From the NCBI GenBank assembly GCA_003213495.1, contig QCMW01000001.1, forward strand, positions 1,117,363-1,181,362: a DNA stretch of 64,000 nt, read 5' to 3'. Every line of letters begins with the position of its first letter. Within the stretch, counting starts at the first letter, position 1. The notes beneath the pieces were generated by a model, which saw nothing but the letters and a program-made list of their open reading frames with translations, was not told the DNA's origin and did no database searches. Of the stretch, positions 42,027-52,451 are shown in pieces. The stretch comes from SAR86 cluster bacterium AG-422-O05. GTDB taxonomy: Bacteria; Pseudomonadota; Gammaproteobacteria; Magnimaribacterales; D2472. A program made the translations under genes and the position numbers.

Positions 42027-42208
42027 AGATACTTTCTTGCTATTCTTGTTATCACTGCGTACATTGGAATGATAATAGCTGTTGTAATAAGCAGCTCAAC
42101 GGTAACAGAATAATCAAGAAAACTTCTAATCAATGGAGCTATTATAAAGGCTGTTATTGCCCCTAATATACTATAAAAAATAATAGACTTTTTACTAAAC
42201 AGTTTCAT
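42023..42208 (-). CDS. Small 2-TM hypothetical protein
   Basis: 61-aa hydrophobic ORF overlapping the MFS stop. Confidence 0.6.
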   Translation of the reverse strand: MKLFSKKSIIFYSILGAITAFIIAPLIRSFLDYSVTVELLITTAIIIPMYAVITRIARKYL

Positions 42209-43430
42209 GCTTTACTTTAAATAGTACGATGCCACCAAAAACAAATAATAAAATGACTGGCAATAATCCTAATTGAATATTATCAGGTGAAAGTGCAACA
42301 CCAACAAGTGTGGGACCAATAAAAGCACCAGCCTTTCCAAACATATTAAAGAAACCAAAAAATTCTCCAGATCTTTGAGCTGGAATTATTGTTGCAAAAA
42401 AAGATCTTGAACTAGCTTGTATCCCACCTTGTACACTGCCGACCAGGGCGGCAAGAATATAAAACTCAATTGCATTTGATAATGTGAGTGAGAATAATAT
42501 TACTCCAATATATATCAAAATTGAGAGATTAATGACCAGCTTATCATTATATTTTTCAGCAACGTATGCCCATATGAGAGTAAATGGAAATGCTACAAAT
42601 TGTACTATTAATAAACCAACAATAATTGCACTATCATCTAAATTTAATAATTTTGCATACAGAACAGCAGAACTCATTACAGTATGAACACCATCGATGT
42701 ACAAGAAAAATGCTAACAAAAATAAAAATATCTTTTTATTTTCAGAGATAGATTTTATTGTTGAGTAAGTTTTTTTAAATGATTCTGCAATTATGTTTCG
42801 CTGTATTTGATGTTGAACAATTTTTTCATCTTTATAATTTATGGCCAAAGGAAGTAGAAATATAGACCACCATATGGAAACAGTTAGAAATGCAAACAAA
42901 ATTGCTTCAGCAGAGTTCTCAAACCACAAGCTTTCCCAAAACATAAACATTATAGAGTTAATTAAAAAAAGTAAGCCGCCTCCAAAATAACCCCATGCAT
43001 AGCCTATTCCAGAAATTTTAGAATATCGATCAGGACTTGTAATCTTTACTAAAATTTTGTCATATAAAATATTACCAGCTGAAAAGAAATAGTTCGCTAC
43101 ACCGAAAAAGATTAATGCAGAAATCCACATCCCTGCCTTAGTAAAAAATAATACTCCAACACAGATAATGGCGATTGCTGTAAAAGTTATAAAAATCTTT
43201 TTTGTTGAACCGTTGATATCTGTAAGTGCTCCAATTACAGGAGCGCTTATAAAAAGAAGAAAGTTAGAAAGAGCTACTGTCCAAAGCAAATATGATGCTG
43301 ACTGCACTGAGGTTAAGTCCTTTCCCCAAAACTCTGGAAAAAATAATGGAAAGAATGCCGCTAAAACAGTGGTAGCAAATGCTGAGTTACCAAGATCGTA
43401 GGAAATCCATGCTTTTTCAAGTTTAGACAT
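42195..43430 (-). CDS. MFS transporter (UMF1/Atg22-like)
   Basis: W..YD.GNSAF.T, SG.G.A.GY.GG, Q..SRS.F, FFGF..M.GK. Confidence 0.87.
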   Translation of the reverse strand: MSKLEKAWISYDLGNSAFATTVLAAFFPLFFPEFWGKDLTSVQSASYLLWTVALSNFLLFISAPVIGALTDINGSTKKIFITFTAIAIICVGVLFFTKAGMWISALIFFGVANYFFSAGNILYDKILVKITSPDRYSKISGIGYAWGYFGGGLLFLINSIMFMFWESLWFENSAEAILFAFLTVSIWWSIFLLPLAINYKDEKIVQHQIQRNIIAESFKKTYSTIKSISENKKIFLFLLAFFLYIDGVHTVMSSAVLYAKLLNLDDSAIIVGLLIVQFVAFPFTLIWAYVAEKYNDKLVINLSILIYIGVILFSLTLSNAIEFYILAALVGSVQGGIQASSRSFFATIIPAQRSGEFFGFFNMFGKAGAFIGPTLVGVALSPDNIQLGLLPVILLFVFGGIVLFKVKHETV

Positions 43431-43540
43431 TTTAATATTTTGAAAAGTACTTTAAATTTATATAAGTTTACAGGTTAAATCATTAAATATGTTGAAAAGG
43501 GATATTTTTTAATATAATGATAAATTCAAGGGGAATATAA

Positions 43541-43642
43541 ATGGATGATAATACAACTTTAAAATATAGTGTGTTCTTTGCAGTTGGTATTGGAGTGACT
43601 ATCTTTGGACTTGGACTAGGAGCATATTTATATTTTAATTAG
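43541..43642 (+). CDS. Small single-TM protein (33 aa; not in ORF track)
   Basis: MDDNTTLKYSVFFAVGIGVTIFGLGLGAYLYFN*; SD AGGGGA and upstream TATAAT. Confidence 0.6.
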   Translation: MDDNTTLKYSVFFAVGIGVTIFGLGLGAYLYFN

Positions 43643-43980
43643 CCAGGTGGCCAATTTAAAACTCTGCCTGACATGAGGTGCAGATGTAAATGAAAAACAC
43701 TTTGCCCTGCTTTGGCTCCATTATTAACAATGAGTCTAAATGTATCATCTAGCTCTAATTGCCTAGATATTTTTCCTGCTACCAGCATCAAATGACCTAA
43801 GATTGCTTGATCCTCTTGATTTGCATCAGACAACTTTGGAATAACTTTTTTTGGAATTATTAATAAGTGTGTTGGAGCTTGTGGATTTATATCTTTAATA
43901 ACAATTGAAATATCATCTTCATAAATTATGTCTGCAGGAATATCTTTTTTAATAATTTTTTCAAATAATGTTTCAGTCAT
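43639..43980 (-). CDS. hinT: Histidine triad nucleotide-binding protein
   Basis: DINPQAPTH, GQSVFHLHLH, WPPG. Confidence 0.92.
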   Translation of the reverse strand: MTETLFEKIIKKDIPADIIYEDDISIVIKDINPQAPTHLLIIPKKVIPKLSDANQEDQAILGHLMLVAGKISRQLELDDTFRLIVNNGAKAGQSVFHLHLHLMSGRVLNWPPG

Positions 43981-43988
43981 ATGTTTTA

Positions 43989-44171
43989 TTAAAATGCTCT
44001 AAAAAATCTATAGGCTAAATAAGCTATAACTGCAGTCATGAGTATTGCTAAAAAAATAATTAATAAATCTCTGAGGGTTTGCACAAATCTTCCCTGCTTA
44101 CCTGCTTTAATTAATTGAAATAATAAATATAAAACTGCAATCGAGCTTACAACTAAAATTAATATACTCAT
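43989..44171 (-). CDS. Small 2-TM hypothetical protein
   Basis: 60-aa hydrophobic ORF in operon position. Confidence 0.6.
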   Translation of the reverse strand: MSILILVVSSIAVLYLLFQLIKAGKQGRFVQTLRDLLIIFLAILMTAVIAYLAYRFFRAF

Positions 44172-44175
44172 AAAA

Positions 44176-44679
44176 TCATCCTATAACTGAACCAACGCCG
44201 CTGACCAAAAGTGCTAATGCTGCTCCCCACAAAGAGCAAGCAATAATGTCAGCTATATAAAATCTTACAGGTTTTAAATCAGAAATTCCAAGTAAAAAAG
44301 GCACTATTGGTCGCACAGCAGGTATAAATCTTCCTGTTATAACTGTGTAGGAACCTGTTTTATCAAGAAATCTTTGTGCTCTATTTATTGTTTTCTCTCT
44401 TTTTTTTAAAAACTTAGTTTGTAGAAGTTTTGACCCAACTGTTTTACCAAAATAAAAACCTGACATATCTCCTGAATGTGCACCTAAAATAGCAATAGGA
44501 ACAATTGCATAAAGCGGAAGAATTTCCATATTAAACACAAATACACAAACCGAGAATAATATTACGCTCGAAACTAAAAGGCCAGATAGAATAAATGATT
44601 CCATAAAAGCAAAAACAAATATTGCTATCCAAGCAAGTTCACTATTTTGGGTTAAAAAGGATTCAATATTATCAAACAT
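44176..44679 (-). CDS. DedA-family membrane protein
   Basis: FAFMES, GD..GFYFG, GRFIPAVR. Confidence 0.88.
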   Translation of the reverse strand: MFDNIESFLTQNSELAWIAIFVFAFMESFILSGLLVSSVILFSVCVFVFNMEILPLYAIVPIAILGAHSGDMSGFYFGKTVGSKLLQTKFLKKREKTINRAQRFLDKTGSYTVITGRFIPAVRPIVPFLLGISDLKPVRFYIADIIACSLWGAALALLVSGVGSVIG

Positions 44680-44749
44680 AATCTGTTATTTTACTTCAAT
44701 GTATAATGTTATTGAAAAAATAAGCTTTTTAAATATTTCATAATTTAAC

Positions 44750-45865
44750 ATGATAGAGAACTACCACATTAAAGTTGCTGAAGAAGATATTCAGCTTTTA
44801 AAAGACAAAATAAAGCTTACAAGATGGCCAGATGAAATTAATCATAGATGGTCTCATGGAACAGATCTTAATTTCCTAAAAGAGCTAACAAACTATTGGC
44901 GGAATGAATTTAATTGGCGAGATCATGAAAAGAAGATTAATGACATTGGTAGCTACAGATATACTACTAAGTCAGGACTTAAGCTTCATTTCCTTCATTC
45001 AAAGTCAAACAACGATAATGCTATTCCATTAGTAATGACTCATGGTTGGCCTGGAAGCATCCAAGAATTTTTAAAAATAATACCTATAATTCAAAAAAAC
45101 TCTGATATTCCAATTGATATTATTTGTCCTTCTCTGCCAGGATTTGGATTTTCCGATAAACCAAAAGAAGTTGGTATGGATTCCAAACATATTGCTATTT
45201 TGCAGCATGAGCTCTTGATAGCTCTTGGATATGATAAATATATTGTTCAAGGTGGTGACTGGGGAGCTACCATAAGCAAATGGATGGCTGAACTTTATCC
45301 AGATCATTGTATTGGCATTCACCTTAATATGATCATTGCTTGGCCACCGGTTGATAAAGATCCATTAGAAAATACTTCACAAGAAGAACAAAAATTAATG
45401 GCAAATTATGAAAAATATAAAGAACAAGGAGTTGGATACTATGAGATACAAAAAACAAAACCACAAACACTTGGTTATGGCTTAAATGACTCTCCTGTTG
45501 GACTTGCTGCATGGATTGTAGAGAAGTTTTATGGCTGGTTTGATGGTGAAGAGAATAAACTAGTTGTTTCTAATGATGAAGTTTTGGCAATAATATCTTT
45601 GTATTGGTTTAGTGAATCAATAACTTCATCAACAAGGTTATATAAAGAAAATGGAGACTTAGGATTTTCTTTTGAAAACATTAAGCAACCTATGGCAGGC
45701 GCAGTTTTTGAAAGAGACTTAATTGCACCTCCAAGAGCATGGGCTGAAGAAATCTATAATGTAGTTCAATGGAATACTCACAAAGGCGGACATTTTGCAG
45801 CCTTAGAGCAACCTGAGTCACTTTCTAAGGATATTATAGAATTTATAAAGAAACTAAAGATCTAA
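44750..45865 (+). CDS. Epoxide hydrolase (microsomal EHN type)
   Basis: HGWPGS, PSLPGFGFS, QGGDWG, GGHFAALE. Confidence 0.92.
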   Translation: MIENYHIKVAEEDIQLLKDKIKLTRWPDEINHRWSHGTDLNFLKELTNYWRNEFNWRDHEKKINDIGSYRYTTKSGLKLHFLHSKSNNDNAIPLVMTHGWPGSIQEFLKIIPIIQKNSDIPIDIICPSLPGFGFSDKPKEVGMDSKHIAILQHELLIALGYDKYIVQGGDWGATISKWMAELYPDHCIGIHLNMIIAWPPVDKDPLENTSQEEQKLMANYEKYKEQGVGYYEIQKTKPQTLGYGLNDSPVGLAAWIVEKFYGWFDGEENKLVVSNDEVLAIISLYWFSESITSSTRLYKENGDLGFSFENIKQPMAGAVFERDLIAPPRAWAEEIYNVVQWNTHKGGHFAALEQPESLSKDIIEFIKKLKI

Positions 45866-46939
45866 TTTTTCAAGAACATCAGCAAAAGAAACATATTTAA
45901 AATTCTGTCTCTTAACCTTATTTTTACCATCATTTGTTCCATCCTGCAGGACAAATAAACCCATAGGATATTTATTACCAAAATTGAAATTAATAACGTC
46001 AATACCATCGGTGTCATTAACATTATCAATGTCCTTGTTACTACCAACTTTAAAACTGCCTATGTAGTTATAAGGCTCTTGTCGATTATAAATATTAAAA
46101 GAACTATCACCTTGAGATGAAACGATAACATATCCATCTTTTTCAGAAGATTTATAAACGGTTACTCCTTCAGGATCACCATCTATATTTCCAGATCTAT
46201 TATCAATAATAATAGGATTTGAAAAATCTAATTCGTTATTTATTTTATAGGCTCTTAAAATACCTCTATCTTGTTCTTCAGATATAAAAAGAGTTCTATT
46301 TTCATCGTCGTAAACACATCCCTCAGATTGAGTTGCATTTCCATTATTAAATGTTGTTAAAAGTGTCATTCCAAAAGGACCATAATTCCACATCTGTACC
46401 TTTGGTCCCTCATCTTCTGTTAAAAATGCTATTAATCCAAATCTCGAATCAATACCTGCACAAACTCCATAAACTACCATGTTTGCTTTAGCATTTATAT
46501 AAGGGTCCTTTGAAATTTCAAAATTATCATCCTTTACAGCTTTATCAATGTTGGTATCTTTGTATGTCCATATATCAAGTGTATTTGTTGTTCTATTTGA
46601 TGCAAAAATAAATGAATAACTACCTATATCTTTATTGTCATCATCAGTAACATTCATTGTTCTAACATCAATATTATTAATATCTCCAATTTCTGTGTAG
46701 CCTATTTTTTCGCCCTTTAAGTTATATGTATATATGCCGCTTCTCTTATCTGTTCCAAATACTAGTGATCTATTTGGATTTAATTTATTTAGCCAAATAG
46801 CAGGATCATCTGCAGCATCACCTTTTGAGATTACTTGTGGAGTCTCATCTATTGCAGGAACTATATGAATAATTTTATCTATAGGATCAGATACTACAGA
46901 GAGCGAATATATAAATATTGTTGTGAGTAGGAATTTCAT
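45854..46939 (-). CDS. Beta-propeller phytase (3-phytase)
   Basis: DAADDPAIW, NNIDVR, EGCV.DDE, D.EG, SSQGD, DTDGID, QNFK; signal peptide from ATG 46939. Confidence 0.92.
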   Translation of the reverse strand: MKFLLTTIFIYSLSVVSDPIDKIIHIVPAIDETPQVISKGDAADDPAIWLNKLNPNRSLVFGTDKRSGIYTYNLKGEKIGYTEIGDINNIDVRTMNVTDDDNKDIGSYSFIFASNRTTNTLDIWTYKDTNIDKAVKDDNFEISKDPYINAKANMVVYGVCAGIDSRFGLIAFLTEDEGPKVQMWNYGPFGMTLLTTFNNGNATQSEGCVYDDENRTLFISEEQDRGILRAYKINNELDFSNPIIIDNRSGNIDGDPEGVTVYKSSEKDGYVIVSSQGDSSFNIYNRQEPYNYIGSFKVGSNKDIDNVNDTDGIDVINFNFGNKYPMGLFVLQDGTNDGKNKVKRQNFKYVSFADVLEKLDL

Positions 46940-46950
46940 AATTTTTTTAA

Positions 46951-46979
46951 AATAAGGCAAGTTAAAGTCTTGCCTTATT
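46951..46979 (-). terminator. Stem-loop between TBDR4 and phytase
   Basis: aataaggcaag-ttaaagt-cttgccttatt. Confidence 0.7.
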
Positions 46980-46992
46980 AATATTTTAAAGA

Positions 46993-49521
46993 TTATAAGT
47001 TATATCTAATACCTATTGAATAGGTTGTTCCATATACATCATATTGAGATAGTCTATCAGGTGATCCCCAGTAATAAAATTCAGGCTCGTCAGTAATATT
47101 ACTGATATCAAATTTAACACTAAAGTTGTCATTAATTTTATACTTTAGATTAAAATCGTATTGGGTATGATCATCTGTATATCTGATATTATCTAGTGAT
47201 AATTCTTCCTGAACATCTCCTGGACTATCCTCATCTGCTAAATAATCTAAATATGGAGTTCTTGATACAGCTGATAATCTCATGTCTAGCTTTCCTTGAT
47301 CATAACCAATTGAAAGGTTTGAATTTCTATCTGAGAGTTTTCTGAAAGGAAATGTAACTTTTCCATTATCTACATCAAGAGTACTTTCTCCATCAGTTTT
47401 TGTAATATTAAGAGAAACAAACATTCCATTAAAAGGTTCTGGTAAAAATTCTAATTCTTGAAAAACATTCATTTCAAATCCGGAAACATCAGAAGGACCA
47501 GTATTGACATATGTTTCTAGTTCACTAAAAACAATTCCGTTAATAGTTCCTGCGGTTACGAGTGGATAAATAGCATTATCAATATCCTTCTTAAAATATC
47601 CAATTGAATATGAGCCGGTATCGCCATATCTTTCTATAGAGAGATCAAAATTATTGGCTTCATATGGATCTAAATCTGGATTTCCCATTTCACCTGAAAA
47701 AGTTCCATCATTTTCATTTTCAATTTCTGCAACTGTAGATGCTTGACCAAATCCAGGCCTGGATAAAGCCCTCCAAATTGCTCCTCTTATAATGGTTTGA
47801 TCATCAAGAAAATATTTTACGTTTATACTAGGAGAAACAAATGTGTAATCTTTTGATGCTGTTATGGGATCATTTATATCACCATCGTTGTAACCTAATG
47901 TTGAGTAGGAAGTATCTTCAACTCTTAAACCTAAAATAACAATCGCATTTTCAGCTTCCATAGTACCCATTAAATATATTGCCATGATATCTTCATCGGA
48001 TTCGTAATCTTCCTTAACATTTGAATAATCAGGGCCGCCAAACGTACCTTTTAGAGGCCATAAGAGTGAATCATTTGCCATAGGACCCATGGATTGACCT
48101 GCGAAAGGCCATGAAATTTGAGATGGATTAAATTGAGATTGCATTAAATCAGTTGCAGGACCATCTTCTATCTCAATCGCATTTCTATCTCTTTCTTTAG
48201 TTCTTTGACTATATTTAAACCCATATTTAACAGTAGTGGGCATATCCATGAATGAAAAGCCTTCTTTTGACATATCAATTTTGAAAGCTTTTTCGGAATC
48301 TTTAATTAATGACCAATCTTCCTCCCATGCATCAACTGTCATTGAAGTATCCCATATAGGTGCAACAGATGAGTTAAATTCAAGTCCAACTTTTTTTGGA
48401 TCTGAGTAAAAGAAATATCCACAAGGTCCACCGCAATCATCTGTATCGTACCTTTCACTTCTAAATTTAACATCTATGTTATTAGTGTCGTCTTCTTCTG
48501 CATATGAATGGCTAAACTGTATTTCTGTAAACCAACCGTTGATCATGGTCTCGGCACCTATAACTGCTGTTCTAATATCTCTAGTTTCAATCCTTCTTCT
48601 AACTTCTGCATCTCTTCTAATTCTATTTATTTCACTATAATCAGAAAAAACTTCACCGTGTTTTAAACTGCCATATTCGTCTTTATATCTAAGTTCGTTA
48701 TCTTCATAATTGTTGTATAAAAAATTTGCAAATATTGCTGTTTGATCATCAACCATGTAATCAATATCATAAGTTAGGCCTGTTCTCTCTCTGGTAAGAT
48801 CGTAATATCGCATTTCCCAATCATCGTCTAATCTTTTACCAGCTCCATTATTGGTCCATCCTGGAAAACCTGTCTCATTGTTATAAGTAATAATTTGTTT
48901 GCTAGCATAAGTTAAACCAATAATGTGGCCAACTGAATCAGATATCATATCTCCGTAAGTCAAAGCAATTTTAGGATTATCAGAATTTTTTGATTGCTCA
49001 TTATAGGATGTATCAAATTTTGCTTTAAAAAGAGTTTTATCTAATGAGGTAGCTCTTTTTGTATTAAATTCTATTCTTCCACCAATAGAGTCAGCATCTT
49101 GATCTGCAGTTAATGTCTTATAAACTTCGATAGAATCCAAAAGTTCTGTAGGTAAGCCATCAAGCATTACTTTTCTTCCACCTTCAGGAGCCGGAACAAG
49201 TGCACCATTTACGGATATAGAATTTAGATCACCCGAGAGGCCTCTTATACTTACATACCTTCCTTCACCTTGATCATTTTCAACTGTGATACCAGAAAGT
49301 CTTCTAATTGCTTCAGCAGCAGTAGTATCTGGAAAATCACCAAGTGCATCAGAGTCCACAACTGATACAATAAGATTTGATTTTCTCTGTTTTTCAATTG
49401 CAGATATAATACTTGCTTTTGTACCAATTACTACAATATCTTCAACTGATTCATTTTCATTTTCTGACTCTTGTGAAAATAAAGATAACGATAGTAATAG
49501 TGGGAATAAAAATTTTTTCAT
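46993..49521 (-). CDS. TonB-dependent receptor (TBDR4, phytase-associated)
   Basis: DIVVIG, FPD...AEA.RR..G, DQGEGRYVSIRG, GNPDLDPY; SD AAGGAG. Confidence 0.92.
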   Translation of the reverse strand: MKKFLFPLLLSLSLFSQESENENESVEDIVVIGTKASIISAIEKQRKSNLIVSVVDSDALGDFPDTTAAEAIRRLSGITVENDQGEGRYVSIRGLSGDLNSISVNGALVPAPEGGRKVMLDGLPTELLDSIEVYKTLTADQDADSIGGRIEFNTKRATSLDKTLFKAKFDTSYNEQSKNSDNPKIALTYGDMISDSVGHIIGLTYASKQIITYNNETGFPGWTNNGAGKRLDDDWEMRYYDLTRERTGLTYDIDYMVDDQTAIFANFLYNNYEDNELRYKDEYGSLKHGEVFSDYSEINRIRRDAEVRRRIETRDIRTAVIGAETMINGWFTEIQFSHSYAEEDDTNNIDVKFRSERYDTDDCGGPCGYFFYSDPKKVGLEFNSSVAPIWDTSMTVDAWEEDWSLIKDSEKAFKIDMSKEGFSFMDMPTTVKYGFKYSQRTKERDRNAIEIEDGPATDLMQSQFNPSQISWPFAGQSMGPMANDSLLWPLKGTFGGPDYSNVKEDYESDEDIMAIYLMGTMEAENAIVILGLRVEDTSYSTLGYNDGDINDPITASKDYTFVSPSINVKYFLDDQTIIRGAIWRALSRPGFGQASTVAEIENENDGTFSGEMGNPDLDPYEANNFDLSIERYGDTGSYSIGYFKKDIDNAIYPLVTAGTINGIVFSELETYVNTGPSDVSGFEMNVFQELEFLPEPFNGMFVSLNITKTDGESTLDVDNGKVTFPFRKLSDRNSNLSIGYDQGKLDMRLSAVSRTPYLDYLADEDSPGDVQEELSLDNIRYTDDHTQYDFNLKYKINDNFSVKFDISNITDEPEFYYWGSPDRLSQYDVYGTTYSIGIRYNL

Positions 49522-49580
49522 GAGCACTCCTTTAAATGATTTTTAAAGTTTAAATTTATAATGCAACAATTATTCAACTA

Positions 49581-49602
49581 ATTTGTGAGGATTCTGTGAA
49601 CT
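49581..49602 (-). promoter_or_regulatory. Putative Pho-box-like 11-nt direct repeat
   Basis: AGTTCACAGAA/TCCTCACAAAT upstream of the TBDR4-phytase operon. Confidence 0.4.
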
Positions 49603-49672
49603 TAATAAAACATCTTTCACTTTAAATTTTTAAAAATATTTACTTTTTTAGACATTTGTCGATAATAAATTA

Positions 49673-50266
49673 ATGAAAGTAGTTGCTAAACAAAAAAGAA
49701 GCAAAGATAGAATATCTATAATTATTAAAACTGCAATTACAATTATTGAAACCGAAGGATTGGAATCGTTAACAATTGCTGAAATATCTAAAAAATCCGG
49801 ACTTAAAAGAACCTCAACATATAAATTTATTCCCACTCCCAATGCTCTTAAAGAATTAGTTATAAATGAATGTGTAGATCAATGCATAGAGAGTATCTCC
49901 AAAGATACCTCATTAGTTGCTAATCAAGATCAAGTTGTTGGGGCTACAAATAATATTGTATTAAAAATGTATAATTTTTTTGTTTCCTCACTAGTAAGTC
50001 AGAGAATAATTTTAGGTAATACTATTAATCCGCCAATTGATTCAGATTCAATTCACAAATTAGGTCATCTTGTTGAAAAAGAGTTTGAAAAATATATAAG
50101 TCTGGATTCTATTTTTAATAAAAGTGGTGTGTGTAGAGTTGTAGCGCAAATAATACTTTCTATTTTTTCATTAAATACAAAAGAAAGTGGTGCTTTAAAC
50201 GAGGTAGGCAAAATTGAAGCTAATAGAGCGGTAATTGCATATATTAAAAGTTGGTTAAATAAGTAA
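49673..50266 (+). CDS. TetR/AcrR-family regulator
   Basis: Q.RS..R, N-terminal HTH GLESLTIAEISKKSGLKRTSTYKF. Confidence 0.85.
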   Translation: MKVVAKQKRSKDRISIIIKTAITIIETEGLESLTIAEISKKSGLKRTSTYKFIPTPNALKELVINECVDQCIESISKDTSLVANQDQVVGATNNIVLKMYNFFVSSLVSQRIILGNTINPPIDSDSIHKLGHLVEKEFEKYISLDSIFNKSGVCRVVAQIILSIFSLNTKESGALNEVGKIEANRAVIAYIKSWLNK

Positions 50267-50267
50267 A

Positions 50268-51518
50268 CTAGACACCAAAAACAAATCTCAATAGTACCCA
50301 AAACAAAATTGTAAGCATTGCTCCAATTGGAATTGTTATCAACCATGACGAAATAATTCTTATGATTGACTTTGTATTGAGATGTTTTGCACCTTTTGCA
50401 AGCCCCACACCAATTACGCCCCCTACTAATGTATGAGTTGTAGATATTGGAAAGCCTGCATATGAAGCCAATACCACTGTAGTAGCTGTGGCTAATTCTG
50501 CTGAAAAACCAAGACTTGGTTTGAGTGATGTAATCTTTTCTCCAACTGTCTTTATAACGTTTTTACCCAAGAATGTAAGACCAAAGACAATACCTGTTGC
50601 CCCTAAAAACAAAATCCAAGGATAAGTTTCTGATGATTCTTGAATAAGGCCATTCGAATTTACTGTGTTTACAATAGCAGCTAGTGGGCCTATCGCATTG
50701 GCAACATCATTTGAGCCATGAGCAAAAGCCATTGCGCATGCTGAGATAATCATCAGCACTGCAAATGCAGGCTCAACTCCATTCAATTCAATCTCACTTT
50801 TGTTTCTTCTAAGAGCAAAAGAAGTAAATAAAGCTGCTGCAAAACTAATTATTAAAGTGAAGGTATAAATTTCTGACTCAGACATCTCTAGTCCAATATT
50901 CTTAAGCCCTTTTCTTGCAATTACTAAAGAAATAATAAATCCAACATAGAAGCTATATATGGGAATAATATTGATAGCTGCTTTACCTGGATTATCTCTG
51001 TCTAAGATAAATTTTTTAGCACTTAAAAAAATAATAAAAGCCAATGTCGCAGCTATTAAGGGAGAAGTAACCCAACTTCCAGCTATGCCTCCTACAGTAT
51101 TCCATGATACAAAACTTGGACCCTTAGAGATGCAAACAAATCCAATAATAGCCCCTACAATAGAATGAGTGGTTGACACAGGCCAACCTCTTTGAGATGC
51201 AATTATCAACCAGGTACCTGCAGCTAGAAGAGCTGATAGCATGCCTAAGATAAAAATATTAGGATCTTCTTCATATATTTGAGGATCTACAATTTCTTTA
51301 CGAATAGTATCTGTAACTGATCCACCAGCTAAATAAGCACCTATGAACTCAAATATTGCTGCAATTATAATTGCTTGTTTTAAGGTTATAGCTTTGCTGC
51401 CAACTGAGGTGCCCATGGCATTAGCAACATCATTCGCTCCAATACCATAAGCCATAAAGAAACCAACTACTGATGCTATAATTATTATGGCTAAAGGATT
51501 GATAAATAAGCTTTCCAT
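50268..51518 (-). CDS. pit: Inorganic phosphate transporter (PiT family)
   Basis: GANDVANAM, PVSTTH, HGSNDVANAI, PISTTH; start at ATG 51518. Confidence 0.93.
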   Translation of the reverse strand: MESLFINPLAIIIIASVVGFFMAYGIGANDVANAMGTSVGSKAITLKQAIIIAAIFEFIGAYLAGGSVTDTIRKEIVDPQIYEEDPNIFILGMLSALLAAGTWLIIASQRGWPVSTTHSIVGAIIGFVCISKGPSFVSWNTVGGIAGSWVTSPLIAATLAFIIFLSAKKFILDRDNPGKAAINIIPIYSFYVGFIISLVIARKGLKNIGLEMSESEIYTFTLIISFAAALFTSFALRRNKSEIELNGVEPAFAVLMIISACAMAFAHGSNDVANAIGPLAAIVNTVNSNGLIQESSETYPWILFLGATGIVFGLTFLGKNVIKTVGEKITSLKPSLGFSAELATATTVVLASYAGFPISTTHTLVGGVIGVGLAKGAKHLNTKSIIRIISSWLITIPIGAMLTILFWVLLRFVFGV

Positions 51519-51611
51519 AGTCACTAGTATAAGCCGCAAATACTATTATTTGTGTTAACTTTATTAAACTTTTTTGAAAACTATTACCTATAAAAAATTG
51601 TAATTTCTAGA

Positions 51612-52451
51612 ATGAAAATAATTTATTTAGATCAAAGCGAATATAAAAAACTACATTCTAAAACTTATGCTTTAGAAAAAAGAAGGCTGCAAATTGAACT
51701 GCTAAAACTTCAAGAAGACATAATTAAAAATCAAAGAAAAATTTGTATTGTATTTGAAGGACGTGACACTGCAGGTAAAAGCTCTGCAATTAAATTTTTT
51801 TCAGAATATTTAAGACCAAAAAATTTTAATTATATTCAACTAGGGATTCCAACAAAATGGGAATCATCCCATTGGTTTCAAAGATGGGAAAAAGTACTAC
51901 CTAAAAAAGGGCAAATAACATTCCTTGATCGTTCATGGTATACCAGAGCTGTTACAGAACCTGTTATGAATTACTGTACTGAACAACAGTACCGAAAATT
52001 TATGAATACTGTAAACAAATGGGAACAAAATCATATTAAAAGTGGTCTTGAGCTTACAAAATTTTATTTTTCTTTATCAAAAGAGCAGCAAACAAGAAGA
52101 ATTCACGCCAGAAAAAATTCAAGCCTCAAGTACTGGAAATTGTCAAAGCATGATGAAAAGATTGTTACAAAGTGGGATGCATTTACACTTTATAAAGATC
52201 AAATGTTCGAGAAAACAGGTACCGAAATAGCTCCATGGATTGTTATCAATTCAAATAATAAAATGATTGGTAGGTTAACTTCTCTTAGATATCTTCTCAA
52301 TAAAACTAATTATGAAAATAAAAAAATTCTAAAACCTGTAAAATGGACACAGTCATTAAATAACTATTCAGCTTCAATTGAAGGTGTCATGTTTGAGAAT
52401 TTATCATATGACCAATTTTTGATAATTTCAAAATATAGTGATGATATATAA
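51612..52451 (+). CDS. ppk2: Polyphosphate kinase 2
   Basis: FEGRDTAGKS, DRSWY, WKLS, APW. Confidence 0.92.
   Translation: MKIIYLDQSEYKKLHSKTYALEKRRLQIELLKLQEDIIKNQRKICIVFEGRDTAGKSSAIKFFSEYLRPKNFNYIQLGIPTKWESSHWFQRWEKVLPKKGQITFLDRSWYTRAVTEPVMNYCTEQQYRKFMNTVNKWEQNHIKSGLELTKFYFSLSKEQQTRRIHARKNSSLKYWKLSKHDEKIVTKWDAFTLYKDQMFEKTGTEIAPWIVINSNNKMIGRLTSLRYLLNKTNYENKKILKPVKWTQSLNNYSASIEGVMFENLSYDQFLIISKYSDDI

Noticed and set aside
51551-51582. AACT repeats upstream of ppk2/pit as a Pho box
   Set aside because: Irregular spacing (10 and 12 nt) and low complexity in AT-rich DNA
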